Positions 25,357-37,285 of a stretch of 64,000 bases of DNA are shown piece by piece. The notes under the pieces are model-generated. The model worked only from the letters and a program-made list of their open reading frames with translations, did not search any database and was not told the DNA's origin. A program made the translations under genes and the position numbers. Origin of the DNA: Tubiluchus corallicola (lineage: Eukaryota > Animalia > Priapulida); the NCBI GenBank assembly GCA_030141605.1, contig JAQGDQ010000102.1, positions 383,660 to 447,659 of the forward strand, given 5' to 3'. Position 1 is the first letter of the stretch. Every line of letters begins with the position of its first letter.

Positions 25357-26030
25357 TTTCAATTCAATTTCAATTTATTTCAGACAAAAGCATCCATAAG
25401 GTTAGTTACACACAGTAAATGAAAGATGAATGAGTTAATAAAGAAAACTATTTGATAAATATTATGTACGTAGATGAAGCATAACACATAGTCTTGCACA
25501 TTTAAGTATGTTTAAGAGAGTTCTGTGACATACAATAATTATATATAATTAAAGTATGTTCCTCCGTCTGCTGTCAAGTTTATCATATGCATCAGATAGC
25601 TTGATTCATCTCAGTGAGGAAAATGAACATCTTCTTAGCAACACAAAAATAAAGGATAGCAAGATTTACTGTCATTTTCCTTGTGCTGCAACTATAAGGA
25701 AGAGAATTAAGCAAAGACCTAGTAAGAAAAGATCTTTTAACTTTAATGCTGCACAGTTTGATGGCTATATAACTTATTATTAATTCATCAATATCAGCAA
25801 TCGTTTTAACACAAAATGAAACTTGTGGTGCCATCTATGTGTGCGTCTGGAAATTAAAGTGTGATGAGGACACAAAATTTGTAATCAGGAAGGTTAGCGA
25901 AATGCTGGTTTGCTCTTGCTAATCAAAACGTCACAGGGCATTAAAACTTTTCTACTAAAATTTATTTTTTAAAAGATTTGGACTTCTTCAGGTGCAAATG
26001 ACCTTTTATGAAATTAGTTTAGAAATTCTT
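25357..26030 (-). mobile_element. Probable decayed LINE (CR1/L2-like) 3' remnant
   Basis: Minus-strand tail AAATAAATTGAAATTGAATTGAA; broken ORF-like sequence upstream. Similar tails at ~45770 and ~60770. Boundaries uncertain. Confidence 0.35.
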
Positions 26031-26377
26031 TTGTAATTAAGCTTTATAAATTCTTTCTACTTCGTTTACTGTTTGATTTGCTTATAAATTATTTTTACTT
26101 GGATTTTTGACAAACTTCTAAACATAGTAACTACTTTCCATAAAAACATTGCAACAGCTACAATTCTTAATAATCGCAAACTTGTGAAAATATTAAAAGG
26201 AGTCAAACCAATATAGTTTTAAAAAGTTGTTTTGACTATATTTTTGTGCTATGCGGTTACAGCATATGAACAAACTACTCTGTAGCGTGGCTAAAATGGC
26301 TATAGGCACTTGACGGAATTAGGTATGGCGTATATGGGCCATATTCTCAATGTTATTGCTCTATTATCAACATTAGC

Positions 26378-26700
26378 TTCTTTAGTTTGTATTTGCTAGC
26401 ACTAGATGGCACAAGTGAGGCTTTCCATGTTGCCACTTACGTGTATCACTATCAGTTGTGTATACGCATGATACATCATTATCCCAAATTATGAAATTAC
26501 GTGTGTACAGTTTTTGTGCGATGTACAAGTTACGTTAAAATATTCAAATAAATGATAGTCAAATTATTCTGAGTAGTTGTTAAAATTGCTTCTTCATTTG
26601 TGGTTTTGACTAGTTCAGTGTAGCGTAATAGTTTAGCCGGTGTGTGTTTTTATTAAAAATTTTGAATGCCACCTGCAATGATAACGTGTAATTAATTTCC
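26378..26700. repeat. ~310-bp dispersed repeat, inverted copy of 22860-23175, just upstream of the GOSR2 5' region
   Basis: Colinear reverse-complement blocks as listed for the partner copy. Confidence 0.75.
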
Positions 26701-26928
26701 CGCTCATTGAGACGTTAATTAAGAGTGCACGCCATAAGGGAACGACGGAAGTAGGTATGGTTTTCACTTAACTTGTCATACGAATGTGTGAACGCTATAA
26801 ACCTATTTTTAAACATCAGTTCTATTGTTTTGTTATGGTCTAATTGTCCCAATAAACTTCTACACCGGAACTGTAATTTTTGGTTTCTTGCAATTATTAA
26901 TCGATAAATTTAATGTTTTTGTTTTTAG
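26700..26928 (+). promoter_or_regulatory. Probable GOSR2 core promoter / 5'UTR exon and 5'UTR intron
   Basis: ETS-like CGGAAGT at ~26746-26752, donor AG|GTATGG at 26755, acceptor TTTTTGTTTTTAG ending 26928, 13 nt before the ATG. Confidence 0.5.
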
Positions 26929-26941
26929 GTGTGTAATAATC

Positions 26942-27583
26942 ATGGAGCAGTTGTATAGGCAGACAATTCAACTTCTTAACGATATTCAAAATCACATGAG
27001 CAAGTATGAAGTAGCACCAAGTCAGGACGCTCAGCATATACTTCTCCAGATCAACAGTTTGTTCGGAAATGTCAACAACAACGTGCAGCGGGTAGAGATA
27101 CTGGTAAACAAGGAGCCGCCTGTGAGGAGACAGAATGCGAAACTGCGGCTGGACCAGCTCAAATACGACCGCCAGCATCTTGAGGCTGCTCTTCGCAACC
27201 TGCAATACCGACGTCTTCAACGCGAAGAGCAAGAGCGACAACGAGAACAGCTCATGTCAACCAACTTCCGCACAAACGAGTCGGAAAACACGTCTGTTGT
27301 GATAGATCACACCTTGCAGCACCATACACACCTGCAGAGTGCAAACCGTGAGATGGACATACTGCTGGACAGTGGCAGCAGCATTCTGGGAAGTCTGCGT
27401 GATCAGCACGGAACCCTCAAAGGCGTGCAAAAGCGCCTGTTTGACATTGCGAACACCCTAGGATTATCAAACACTGTCATGAGGCTGATAGAGCGACGCA
27501 CATATCAGGACAAATTCATACTTTATGGTGGGATGATTGTAACGTGTGTGATCATGTTCCTGACTGTCAAATACCTTGTGTAG
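26942..27583 (+). CDS. GOSR2: Golgi SNAP receptor complex member 2 (membrin/Bos1, Qb-SNARE); single-exon CDS, 213 aa
   Basis: MEQLYRQT...KEPPVRRQNAKLRLDQLKYD...LGLSNTVMRLIERR..DKFILYGGM + C-terminal TM are GOSR2 hallmarks; the upstream in-frame extension in the ORF track is intronic. Confidence 0.96.
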   Translation: MEQLYRQTIQLLNDIQNHMSKYEVAPSQDAQHILLQINSLFGNVNNNVQRVEILVNKEPPVRRQNAKLRLDQLKYDRQHLEAALRNLQYRRLQREEQERQREQLMSTNFRTNESENTSVVIDHTLQHHTHLQSANREMDILLDSGSSILGSLRDQHGTLKGVQKRLFDIANTLGLSNTVMRLIERRTYQDKFILYGGMIVTCVIMFLTVKYLV

Positions 27584-27626
27584 TTGCGATGCAATTCTGT
27601 TGAGTAAACACTGGTGCATTTAAAGG

Positions 27627-28056
27627 CAGGGGTGTATTAACATATAGGCTAGCTAGGCTATAGCCTAGAGCGCCAAAGTTTGAAGGCATCACATTCTAGA
27701 AAAAATTCTTATTCTCCTCCGAAAATGCATGTACTTTCATATGCATGTAAAGGGCACATTTTATAACACACCACAGGCTGTTACTGAGCGGACCTTTCAT
27801 ATAAGTGCCACATAACGAACAGGTGCGAGGTATTACACAATAAGCAGTTGCGCTGCCTGCATGAATATAAGTGCTATGCAACTATTTAATACTACGTAAT
27901 TAATAACGACCACATAGAAACTGTGTTAATAATGTTTCTAATACATCACAAGTAATTGTTTATTCTGCTCATTACGTAAGCAATCATAAATTCACAATAG
28001 AGATGGGCGGGACAGAACCGTCAGCCTAGGCGTTGTAAATGGTTGATACTCCCCTG
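27627..28056. mobile_element. hAT-type MITE with perfect 8-bp TSD, in the probable GOSR2 3'UTR
   Basis: TIR CAGGGGTGTATTAAC / GTTGATACTCCCCTG; TSD TTTAAAGG at 27619-27626 and 28057-28064; homologous to 35165-35584 and ~36830-37285. Confidence 0.9.
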
Positions 28057-28345
28057 TTTAAAGGGTGGAGCTAAAGTTAATGGGTCTAATCAGTAAGTTT
28101 GATACTGAGAAGTGAAGGGTGAGATTTTACTTGAAAAGACTTGTGGTACTGCATTTATGAATAACATTGACTGTGTAGTGATATGGTGGTGATGGTGACG
28201 GTGACACAAATTTGGTGTTAGAAGCTGAACAGAAGATTCACAGTATCCTTTGGTTACTGAGACTGCAGCTTGGCATTTTTAAAATTTTAATTAACCTGTG
28301 ATCAGTCTGCTAGTTTTCTGCATCGATGCTAAAGTTACGTCGCTA

Positions 28346-28916
28346 CAGAGTGTCTCAAAAGTCGCTATGCACTTAGCATTTTGTATATTTTTCTAAGAAA
28401 TGCAACAAACTGTTTGAAAATTGATACAGATGAACTGAAACCTTGGACGATTCTTTTCGTCGAACTAGATGAAAATCAGAAGAGAAATGCTGCACTAGTA
28501 AGCTTTGCTATTTTCACCAGCTCCTTCAGGGACCTGAAGAGCTTCAGAGACTAATCCAATGGCAAGTTGGGCATCTTGCATTGAGAAGGTGTCTCACAGC
28601 CCATGAGTGGTGAGGAAGGACGGTAACTTGTTGAAACACTACAGTGATAACAGTGAGAGAATAGTGTGGTCCGTACGGATTTCTGCTGTACTTCGATTGG
28701 TGATCGAAGAACTTTTTGGCAGGATGATTTTGCTCCTCACTTCTAATGTTACTGTTGTTACCATAGAAACGGGGTTTCAGTCAAAAAATAAATAGAAACA
28801 GTTGTCGTGGGCCATTTGCTTTGCTCGAGATTGGAGAAAAATCTAAAGAGGAAGTTAAAAACCAAAGTGTATAGTAACTTGAAACCCAAGTGTATAGTAA
28901 CTTTTGAAACACCCTA
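28346..28916. mobile_element. Tc1/mariner-type MITE
   Basis: ~29-bp imperfect TIR CAGAGTGTCTCAAAAGTCGCTATGCACTT / AAGTGTATAGTAACTTTTGAAACACCCTA flanked by TA; part of the right TIR is locally duplicated (~28864-28885). Confidence 0.75.
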
Positions 28917-31180
28917 TACTGTGTAATGTACAAAGTACATAATCATTAAGATGCCTATGTACTATTGCCAATTATTTCTGCTTTTTTTGATAAGCAGTGC
29001 ATCCTTCTTAGAGTTGTGAGGATTTTTTTATGATTTGGTAAAGGGCAAATTTGGCACTGTGAAAAAACCTATGTGAAAACCACGTTTTTTACAATTGTCA
29101 GCCATTTTGTGAGTGAAACATGTCTGCTCAACAACGGAGAAATTTGACTGTATCAGCAATCAAATATTCACTGCAATGAACCAATGCATCTCTCCATTTT
29201 AAGCTCTTGAGCCGACTCATTAATTTTTACTCAAACCGAACAATTTTGCATGTAATCCATCTGTTGAAAAACCCAACCCTATCCGATCTTGCAGAATTTT
29301 GTGCAAATTGTTGAAGCTGTATTAAAAATATTAAATATTTGTTATAACAAGTCACTGCAGCATTGCAACTTTTTAAAGTCATTCTTTAAAGGGCAAAAGC
29401 CAATTTTCAAAGCTAAAATGCACAGAATGAAGTGGGACATGCTTAAGTGCTTGTATTTATATGTAGCAGCAATAACCAGAGTCGAATTTACCTACTAGTG
29501 GGTCCTAAGCCAAACTCGTGAGTGGGGCCCCAAATTTATAGAAATGTTGGCATGCTTCAGCATACAATATATACATATATATACGCACGCACACACACAC
29601 ACACACACACACACAAATATATATTTATTCAATATCCAATATGCATAGGCCAGTGAATGTCTACAATTATTGTTTGGGTGGGTCCATACTCAGGCCGTGG
29701 CATGCTGAGTGACAAATTGGTTTCAGTGAGCTCCCAGATACGTGTAGGGCCTACTATAGCTTTTGATAAATCTGGCCCTAGTAGTACACGGCGCTGTTTG
29801 CTAGTATTTGGATTACCAATTTTTGCCAATTTTACAAAATGCCAATTTTTTGGCATTTTTACATACGACTTGTGTTGTCAGCAGAATGATCTGTAGAAGC
29901 ATTGATCATTTGGGTGTAAGAAGTGGTATTAGGTGCTGGAATGACACGACACACAAAATTGATGAAAGTTTATAGATACAACTTTTTCATTTTTCTGTGT
30001 TTTTTATGTACAAATAACTGACATTCCAAAGTTTGTTGGAGACTGTATTTTTGAGTGCTGACACATATGCAACTTTTGTCAGCTCAGCTTCTCACAAGAA
30101 AATATTATCAGTAAAACTGCTGCAAAATTTAAATTTTTTCAATTTTGTTTGCATGTGTGTTTAAAGAGAAGTTCTTGATTTGTGTTTTAAAAAAAGCGGA
30201 GAAAAATTCTGACAGAAATTGAATGAATAAGATTTTGTTTTTTGTGTTTTTTTAGTTAAAAAATGTCAGTTATACAACTTTTATCTGCTTGTAAAATTTC
30301 AGTGTTTTCTGATTACATTTTAAGACACACTGGCAGATTACTATTTATATAATACAACTATTATAATAATACAAACTTGTGACTGTCAGATTAGTTTAGT
30401 AATTGCCTAAAACTAAATCATCAAATCCGCTCAAACTGTTATTGTAGGAATCCTTTCCATGCGATGCTATTTGTTTCTGACCCTAATAGCATTGATACGT
30501 TGTCTAACGGTTACCGTAACCAGTATTATTATGATTGTTTTACAAAAGAATTTATAAGCTGTTTTTCTGTTGCCAGTTTTTTGTTCTAACAAATGCATGA
30601 TAAGTATATTTATTTGTGTTTAATTCACCAATTGTTGTACTGTAATTTCTATTATATTACAAAACTTATTGAAATATTATGGTACTAAGCAAGTTGTTAA
30701 ATAAATTGATTATACATATCAAAATACTTGCTTCATAATTTTCTGGCAGCATTTTTACTGAAAAACAAGTTAAATAACAACAGTGAAATCTGTAAAGAGC
30801 TGGTATTGGGCATAAAACTTGTCATACCTAATGTGTGAAAGTGTATGTTCAGTGTTCAACGAATGCTAGCCTGGACGGAAGTAGTGCTGACAAGTCCACT
30901 GGCATAGTAGTGTTGTCTAGTTTTTTGCTGGAATAACTGCTGTGTTTACCGTCTTGAGGGCAGATTTCTATTATTTTAGAATTCTGCCAGCCCACAGTAC
31001 ATGTGATGATGAATGAACGTTCACTTGATGTTCACGAATCGTGTGAACACTGAAGGCTTCATAAATAAATTTTCTCCCACTGAAGATGAATGCTGTCACA
31101 CATCTGTGTTCTGGTATTTGGTGATTGTCACTTTCTCATTAGATCAGCATTTTGTAGTATTGCCTGATATGTGACAGTAT

Positions 31181-31849
31181 CTGTAGCGGATAGCCCTATA
31201 GGCTGAAGCCTAAGGCCCGGGATCAAAAGGGGCCCGGCAAAATAAAACGAAAAAAATTTTTTTTGTAAAAAAAAATAAATTGACAAAAGAGCAAGGGGCC
31301 CGCCAAAATAAAATATAGAAAAAAGTTTTTTTTTCAAAAGTTAGTCACTATATTTCAAATCGGGTTTACACAAATCAAGTTTACACAATTAAAGTTTACA
31401 CAATTCAAGTTTACACAATTTAAGTTTACACAATTCACGTTTACACAGTTTAAGTTTAAGTTCAAAATTTCAGTTTCCGAATTTTTCTGGGGGCAAAGTC
31501 AGTTATAATTTCTGAAAAGTCCATTTTTATCAACATATCTGACTCAATATGCATCAGAAATTAGTAAGAAACTAAAGTTACTTTCAGAGTTTCTGATTGG
31601 CTTATTTTAGTTGACATCCAACCCAGAAACTCACCAAGCTGTAATCGTGTTTATATAGTCCTAGTCCACAACTCAAGGATCAAGAAGATATAATTTTTAT
31701 CACAATCGGTGGGCAAAAACTCACAAAATTAAATAAACTTAGAAACGACGAGAGCTCCACAAAAACACGTCAGCTCAGCAGTGTAGCAACATTTAAAAGG
31801 CCCGTTCCAAGCTCAAGCCTAAGGCCCATAAAATCATAATCCGCCGCTG
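31181..31849. mobile_element. hAT-type MITE with perfect 8-bp TSD and internal 15-bp minisatellite
   Basis: CTGTAGCGGAT / ATCCGCCGCTG termini; TSD GACAGTAT at 31173-31180 and 31850-31857; ~6x AAGTTTACACAATT(C/T) at ~31365-31455. Confidence 0.85.
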
Positions 31850-32019
31850 GACAGTATGTATCTTGTTTAACAATTATGTATCATATGCCCAAAGTTAAAT
31901 TGTAATGAATATTAATTCAACAGTATCTAGCTGAGCCGTCCTCCTCTGTAGAGAGAGTGTCACATAGCTAATTCAAAGGTTATGATTGCTGTACCCTTGA
32001 CCTTCAGGCTGGTGCAGAA

Positions 32020-32160
32020 GAGTGCAAGATAAGCGGGTGCTCATGCTTGTACTTTGCATGAAAGACTCGTGAATGCCTGAGTTCGATACCCACACCGGGA
32101 TGTTTCATTTGCCATTGCTGATTCTGGCTATTTACTTCACTGGGGTGAATGCATTATTAT
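32020..32160 (+). mobile_element. Short tRNA-derived SINE, second family (also at ~54810-54960)
   Basis: B-box-like GAGTTCGATACC followed by GTTTCATTTGCCA...TCTGGC...TTAC.TCAC, shared with the 54.9-kb copy. Confidence 0.5.
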
Positions 32161-32839
32161 TGAATTTAGAATTTATTGCACTAGCAGACCAACCACCAAT
32201 TACATCAAAAACGTAACAAAAAGAAACATACCGGGTAATTGATGATGATAATGATAAGTCTTTAGCCTCTTTATGCAGGCAAAAATTTCTGTACAAACAT
32301 TATACAATTTTATATAGACACTAGAGTGAAACCTACAATATTATATGTTACGCATTCTGTAATTACGTTTTTTAATGGTGCGTCTAACATTATTTACAGT
32401 GATGTTAAACAAGGAGCATTGAGTGGTGCTAAAATCAATGTTAATAATAAAGCAAGCTTCCTGTGAGGTAACATAGAAATGCAGATAAATTAACACACTA
32501 TTAATAGAGTAAGTTGTACCAGTACTGCAGAGCATAACATTTTCTGTAGATAAGAAACATTAAGCGCATTAAATAGTTTAAAATACAGTTAAGTTAGGGT
32601 TAAAAAATTTAGTTTATCTATCAATCTGTTTACAATATTTTCGTACTAGAGGTACGAGTATGAAATTTAAATATCATTGCTGTTACATAATTCATCTGCA
32701 GCATGCAGAAAGTTGATTATAATTTTAAGAATATTTCTACGTTATTCTGACCCATTAAAGAAGTTGTTAAATATGTAAACTTAGTTTGTTTGGAAAATTA
32801 TTGTTATTTTGTTTAAAGGCTAAAGCTAAATTTTGAGAA

Positions 32840-33100
32840 CTAAAGGCTTATAAAATTTCTAGTGCTAATGACAGGTGTGTTAAAATGTCTAAATGTTGTT
32901 TGTATGAATTCGTTGAGTGCTTCAAACATCTCTTGCTCAGCATCGTCGTCAGACTTCTCTTCGTCGTCTGAAGAAGCCTGGATCTTCCGCATCTCACTCA
33001 GTTTTGCCTCCAACGCCGCTCTGGGACGTCTTATCGGCTTGGTAAAGACAAAATAACAGCATATAAAGAAATAGAAAATTATTTTCGCGTGAAAATCCAT
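32840..33100 (-). CDS. Candidate orphan small secreted protein / peptide precursor (86 aa)
   Basis: ATG in GCCGATGG context; hydrophobic signal-like IIFYFFICCYFVFT, then KP, RRPR, an acidic tract SSDDEEKSDDDAEQE and an amphipathic end; GC-richer core than flanks. No homolog recognised. Confidence 0.4.
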   Translation of the reverse strand: MDFHAKIIFYFFICCYFVFTKPIRRPRAALEAKLSEMRKIQASSDDEEKSDDDAEQEMFEALNEFIQTTFRHFNTPVISTRNFISL

Positions 33101-33798
33101 CGGCTGCTTTAGATTATTAAGGCACAGAATTATAGACCGCTTTAGATTATTACGATTATTAGATTACAACGGCACACAAAAAAATAAGATGCTTTTTCAC
33201 GTGAAAATCCATCATTTTTCATTAGCTGTGGGTCTGTAGAGAACGTAACTTAACTTGATGGGAGCGTATCAATAGAAAAATAACGTAATTGCTTGTTGCC
33301 ACGATGCGACGCTTTCTGTGGCAACGAGAAATAATACGTCACTGGGCCGGCGCTAGACAGAGCTATTTTTAGCGCCCCCTCTTCAACGATCAGCCCCCTT
33401 TCCCAGGGTTCCCACCATGCTCCGAAAGACAAAGATAAAGGCAGCATTTATTTACCATCGCCCATTACCTTTCAACTTAGCAGCTTTTTTACTTTTTGTT
33501 TCCTGTACGTTTCCTGTAAATTTCGATTCTTATAGGTTTATCTGTCATCATTAGATAAGTCTATTGTGAGAAACTTTTTTTATTAAAGGGAAAGGTCATT
33601 GCTATAAGTACTTTTTTAGCTCTGCTGCTCTATTTGTTTTTTCTGCAATTCTATTTTTATTAAATGTAGGTGTTCCTTTCTTATATCCAACCCGTCACTT
33701 CATTTAGACAATATTCTCTTATTCAGGCATTACAGCAAAATAGGTACAGATGATTATATGTATTCAAATTCCGACATGGCTAAAATCCTTCTGCTAGT

Positions 33799-34065
33799 CC
33801 AGTGGCTTAAAGGCACAAGTTAATGGCGAATTAGGTACCAGTCACACCACAAACGTCCAGTTTGAGTTGTCTCTGTTGTTGGACTCTGGCCTACAGAGTT
33901 CCAATTTGTATGAACAATTATAGTCTTAACCTTTGACTTTTCACTTTTGATAGGGGTAGAAAGGGGTCTAGCTCATGTTTCTTTAAAATTTTGTTAGTAA
34001 ATGTCACAATGTTATTCATAGAAGGCAGTGTGATATACTATGGCTAGCACTCTTTAAGGCACTGG
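33799..34065. mobile_element. Small inverted-repeat element
   Basis: CCAGTGGCTTAAAG / CTTTAAGGCACTGG (13/14 inverted match). Confidence 0.4.
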
Positions 34066-35164
34066 TACTGCCATCTACTAAAGATCTATTGTGAACCAAT
34101 AGAGGTTACTGCACCTTTAACAAGAGTACCTTCAGCAGGTTTGGTGACGTATCAGTATGAATGGTACTTTACGTTGTGATTCTAACTACAGATCATAAGC
34201 GTTTCATTTGACTACTTTCTCATCCAGCTTTTAGACAAATAAAAAACAAAAGCAGCTTAACAGATAGATCGCAGAACTGGGATTGTTGGGGGTTTTACTC
34301 ACACGCCCAGCCATATTTGCACTTAAAGCTTATACGAAATAAACAACTAAAGCGCGTGTTCACGATTGTTTTTGCTTTTGTCTTGTCTTAAAAACCTTGT
34401 GCAGCTAAAATTTGTTAATCGTAATGATTCAAGGTGGGCGGGGCTAAACGCCGTTTGCGCTCTGTCTATTCGTAGTGTTATTTTTCACAATTTTTCAGAC
34501 CTGACTTTGGGCAGACAGCTATACAGCCAAACGGATGGACACACAAACAAACATGGGATTGAATCTAGCAGTTTATTCCCTGCGACTAATGCATTTTTGA
34601 AGCTAGTGTTGAAGAGATGCTTACGATGTCTGTCAACAAACCGTTTTCCTCAAAAGTTCCCAATTTCCGTTTTTTATTTGATCAAGTGGGCGTAGGCCCA
34701 TTGGTTAAAATCCCTAAGCAAAATTTTTAAACTGTTCAGGTTGACCATGTTTATTTTACTTCAATGGATTATCCTACCTGGGACACCTGGAATAGGCAAC
34801 CGGACGGGGTAGAGGTGGTGCTAATTTGCACCCTTACGCTAACTTTCACAGGGTGGTTTGAAGAAAATACAGACGTTAATTTTAGTGAAAAATGTTGAAA
34901 TCAGTTAATTGAAAAAGGACGAGGGAAAAGGATTTAAAACTATGGCAAGATAAACTTGAAGCGTGTTTTACGGCTAATATGTATTTGAACAATAAACCAC
35001 GACCTTATTTTGAAAGCTGGGTGGACGATATGCAACTATAATACTGAGTCGCTGGTGAGCGCAAAAATTAGCGCATTGGAAATTAATGGAAATCCATTAT
35101 TTAGATGGAAGATAGCTGAACGTAATAGACTTTGTAAGTGTGGTTTGGACTTAGAAAATTTACA

Positions 35165-35584
35165 CAGAGGCGTATTAATCAATAGGCTAACCAGGCTGTA
35201 GGTTAGGGCGCCAAAGTTTGAGGGGCGTCACATTTTAGAAAAAATGATTATTCTTCTCGGAAAATGTGTAGACTTTCATATTTATGTGAAATGCACATTT
35301 ATAACACACTACAGGCAGCTACTGAGCACAGCTTTTATATAAGTGCCGCATAACGAGCAGGTGCAAGGCATTACACAACAAGCAGTTGTGTAGCCTACTT
35401 GAATATAAGCGGTATGCATACACGTGTAATTAATAATGACCAGGTAGAATCTAGATTAATAGTGATTCTGATACACCACAAGTAATTATTTAATCTAATC
35501 ATTACATGAACCATAAATTCACAATAAAGATGGCCGGGACAGAACTATTAGCCTAGACCGTCGTAAAGTCTTGATATACCCCTG
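35165..35584. mobile_element. hAT-type MITE (family of 27627-28056) with perfect 8-bp TSD
   Basis: CAGAGGCGTATTAA / TTGATATACCCCTG termini; TSD AATTTACA at 35157-35164 and 35585-35592; colinear with the 27.6-kb copy. Confidence 0.9.
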
Positions 35585-36829
35585 AATTTACATTATATTT
35601 TATTGTACTATTCTTATTATGAAAATGAAAGAAGTATGGTTATTTGGGGAGCAGTTTAGATGAAGATCTTGTGAGTTGGGTGTTTCTCCAAAATACATAT
35701 TTTGTGAAAAGCTTCTTAGTGATATAATAAAGAAACGTTGTGAGATAGGAATTGCAAGCCTTGTCTAAGTTAGCATGTTTTTTAAATTTCATCCGAGTAG
35801 GATTTTTGATTGCTCACCTAGATATAAAAAGATCTAGGCACTAAACTGCGAAGCTCAAATTTTAGACAGAGCAAATAAAGCATGAAATGCAAAAAATCAA
35901 AATTAATAAGTATGCGCCCTCTATTCCACGCCTTGATTCGCACGACAGCCTTTAATTTTAAGGTATGTGTATCTAGGGAGTCGACCTGAAATGACTGCTA
36001 CATGGCCCCTTTAAAAGGTCGCTTTTTTACCGAAATAGAAAGAGAAGCAATAGATAAAACCTACAAAATCATTAAAAATAGCATTTAATTTTAAGTAAAG
36101 AAGACTTATTTTTGTATGTGGTATTGACACCCTTATAGTAGTGTTTTCCAACGGGTGGAGGGATAAATATGACTCTTTTTAAGTTGATTTCATTTCCGAG
36201 GATGGATGTGATAAGAATAGAAAAATATAATTCCCATTAAAAATAGAAAAATTATAAACGGTATTAGAAGCTTACGTTTATAAATCTAATAGTCTGGTGC
36301 GTCTAATATATTCATGCCCTGTGTACTCAATCAGAAGTTTATTGTTTTTCAAGGTACCCTTCAAAATAATTGCAAGTTTACAGTCACGTGATCACAGGTT
36401 TCAAACGAATGCTGTTCACAACTTCAACGCGTGACTATGGATTATCTTCTTTGCAAACGAAGGCCAGTGATGTAGCCACTTAGGCCTAGCTACTTGCACT
36501 TATAATTATTGTTACGTACCACACACCTAAGATCATAGCATAAGTCACTGAGTTTTTAAATACTACATCTAACTGGACGGGGCGGGCGATGCAAACACAC
36601 TACGACTGCGCACAATAAACACCATTGGCTTCTTAACGACAATGAAGTCACGCTAGAATATAAAATTTTACTATGGTGTGCTAAATCTATATTTATCAGC
36701 ATAGTACAAGCCTACCCTACACTTTTAAATACTATCAGCCAACTTTAATTACGTAACTACGTCTAGGTTTCATATTTGCATCCAAATTTTCCTGTGTCCA
36801 GATCAACTTGGAAACACAAATTGCAAACC

Positions 36830-37285
36830 CAAGGGCCTATTTACCAATAGGTTAATTAGGATGTAGCCTAGGGTGTCAAATTTTAAAGCGCCAGATTTTA
36901 GCGTCCTCCAATAATAAGAAAGTCTTATTTTCCTCAGAAAATGCGTGTCCTTTTATATTATTCATAAAAAGCGCGTATTTCATAACAAACCACAAGCAGT
37001 TACTGATGCCGCTTTTATATAAGTATAAGTGCAACATAACAAAGAAATACGATAATTGTATAAGTGGTACTACGCGACATAGAGATGCAGCCTGTTTAGG
37101 TGTACAAGTTGTGCGAATATTATGTAATTAACAATAATTACGTAACTGCTCGGTAATACTACTACTAATACAGCACAAGTAACTGTGTATTGCGTTCTTC
37201 TATGAACCAACCATAAATCCATAACAGGATCAGCGCATTGAATTTACTATTAGTCTGGAGCACCGTAACGTGTTGATAGCCTTCA
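36830..37285. mobile_element. Older, more diverged copy of the same hAT MITE family
   Basis: Shared blocks (TAGCCTAGGG, CCACAAGCAGTTACTGA, CACAAGTAA, CCATAAAT, GTTGATA); termini eroded. Confidence 0.65.

Noticed and set aside
26825-26941. 39-aa N-terminal extension of GOSR2 in the ORF track
   Set aside because: Begins at a non-ATG codon and crosses a polypyrimidine tract and acceptor; homology starts at ATG 26942.
32030-32100. Possible tRNA gene
   Set aside because: B-box-like motif present but no cloverleaf; shares downstream sequence with a second copy, so it is a SINE.
35620-35640. AAAGAAGTATGG match to the miR-1 3' half
   Set aside because: Seed region differs and there is no proper precursor arm.
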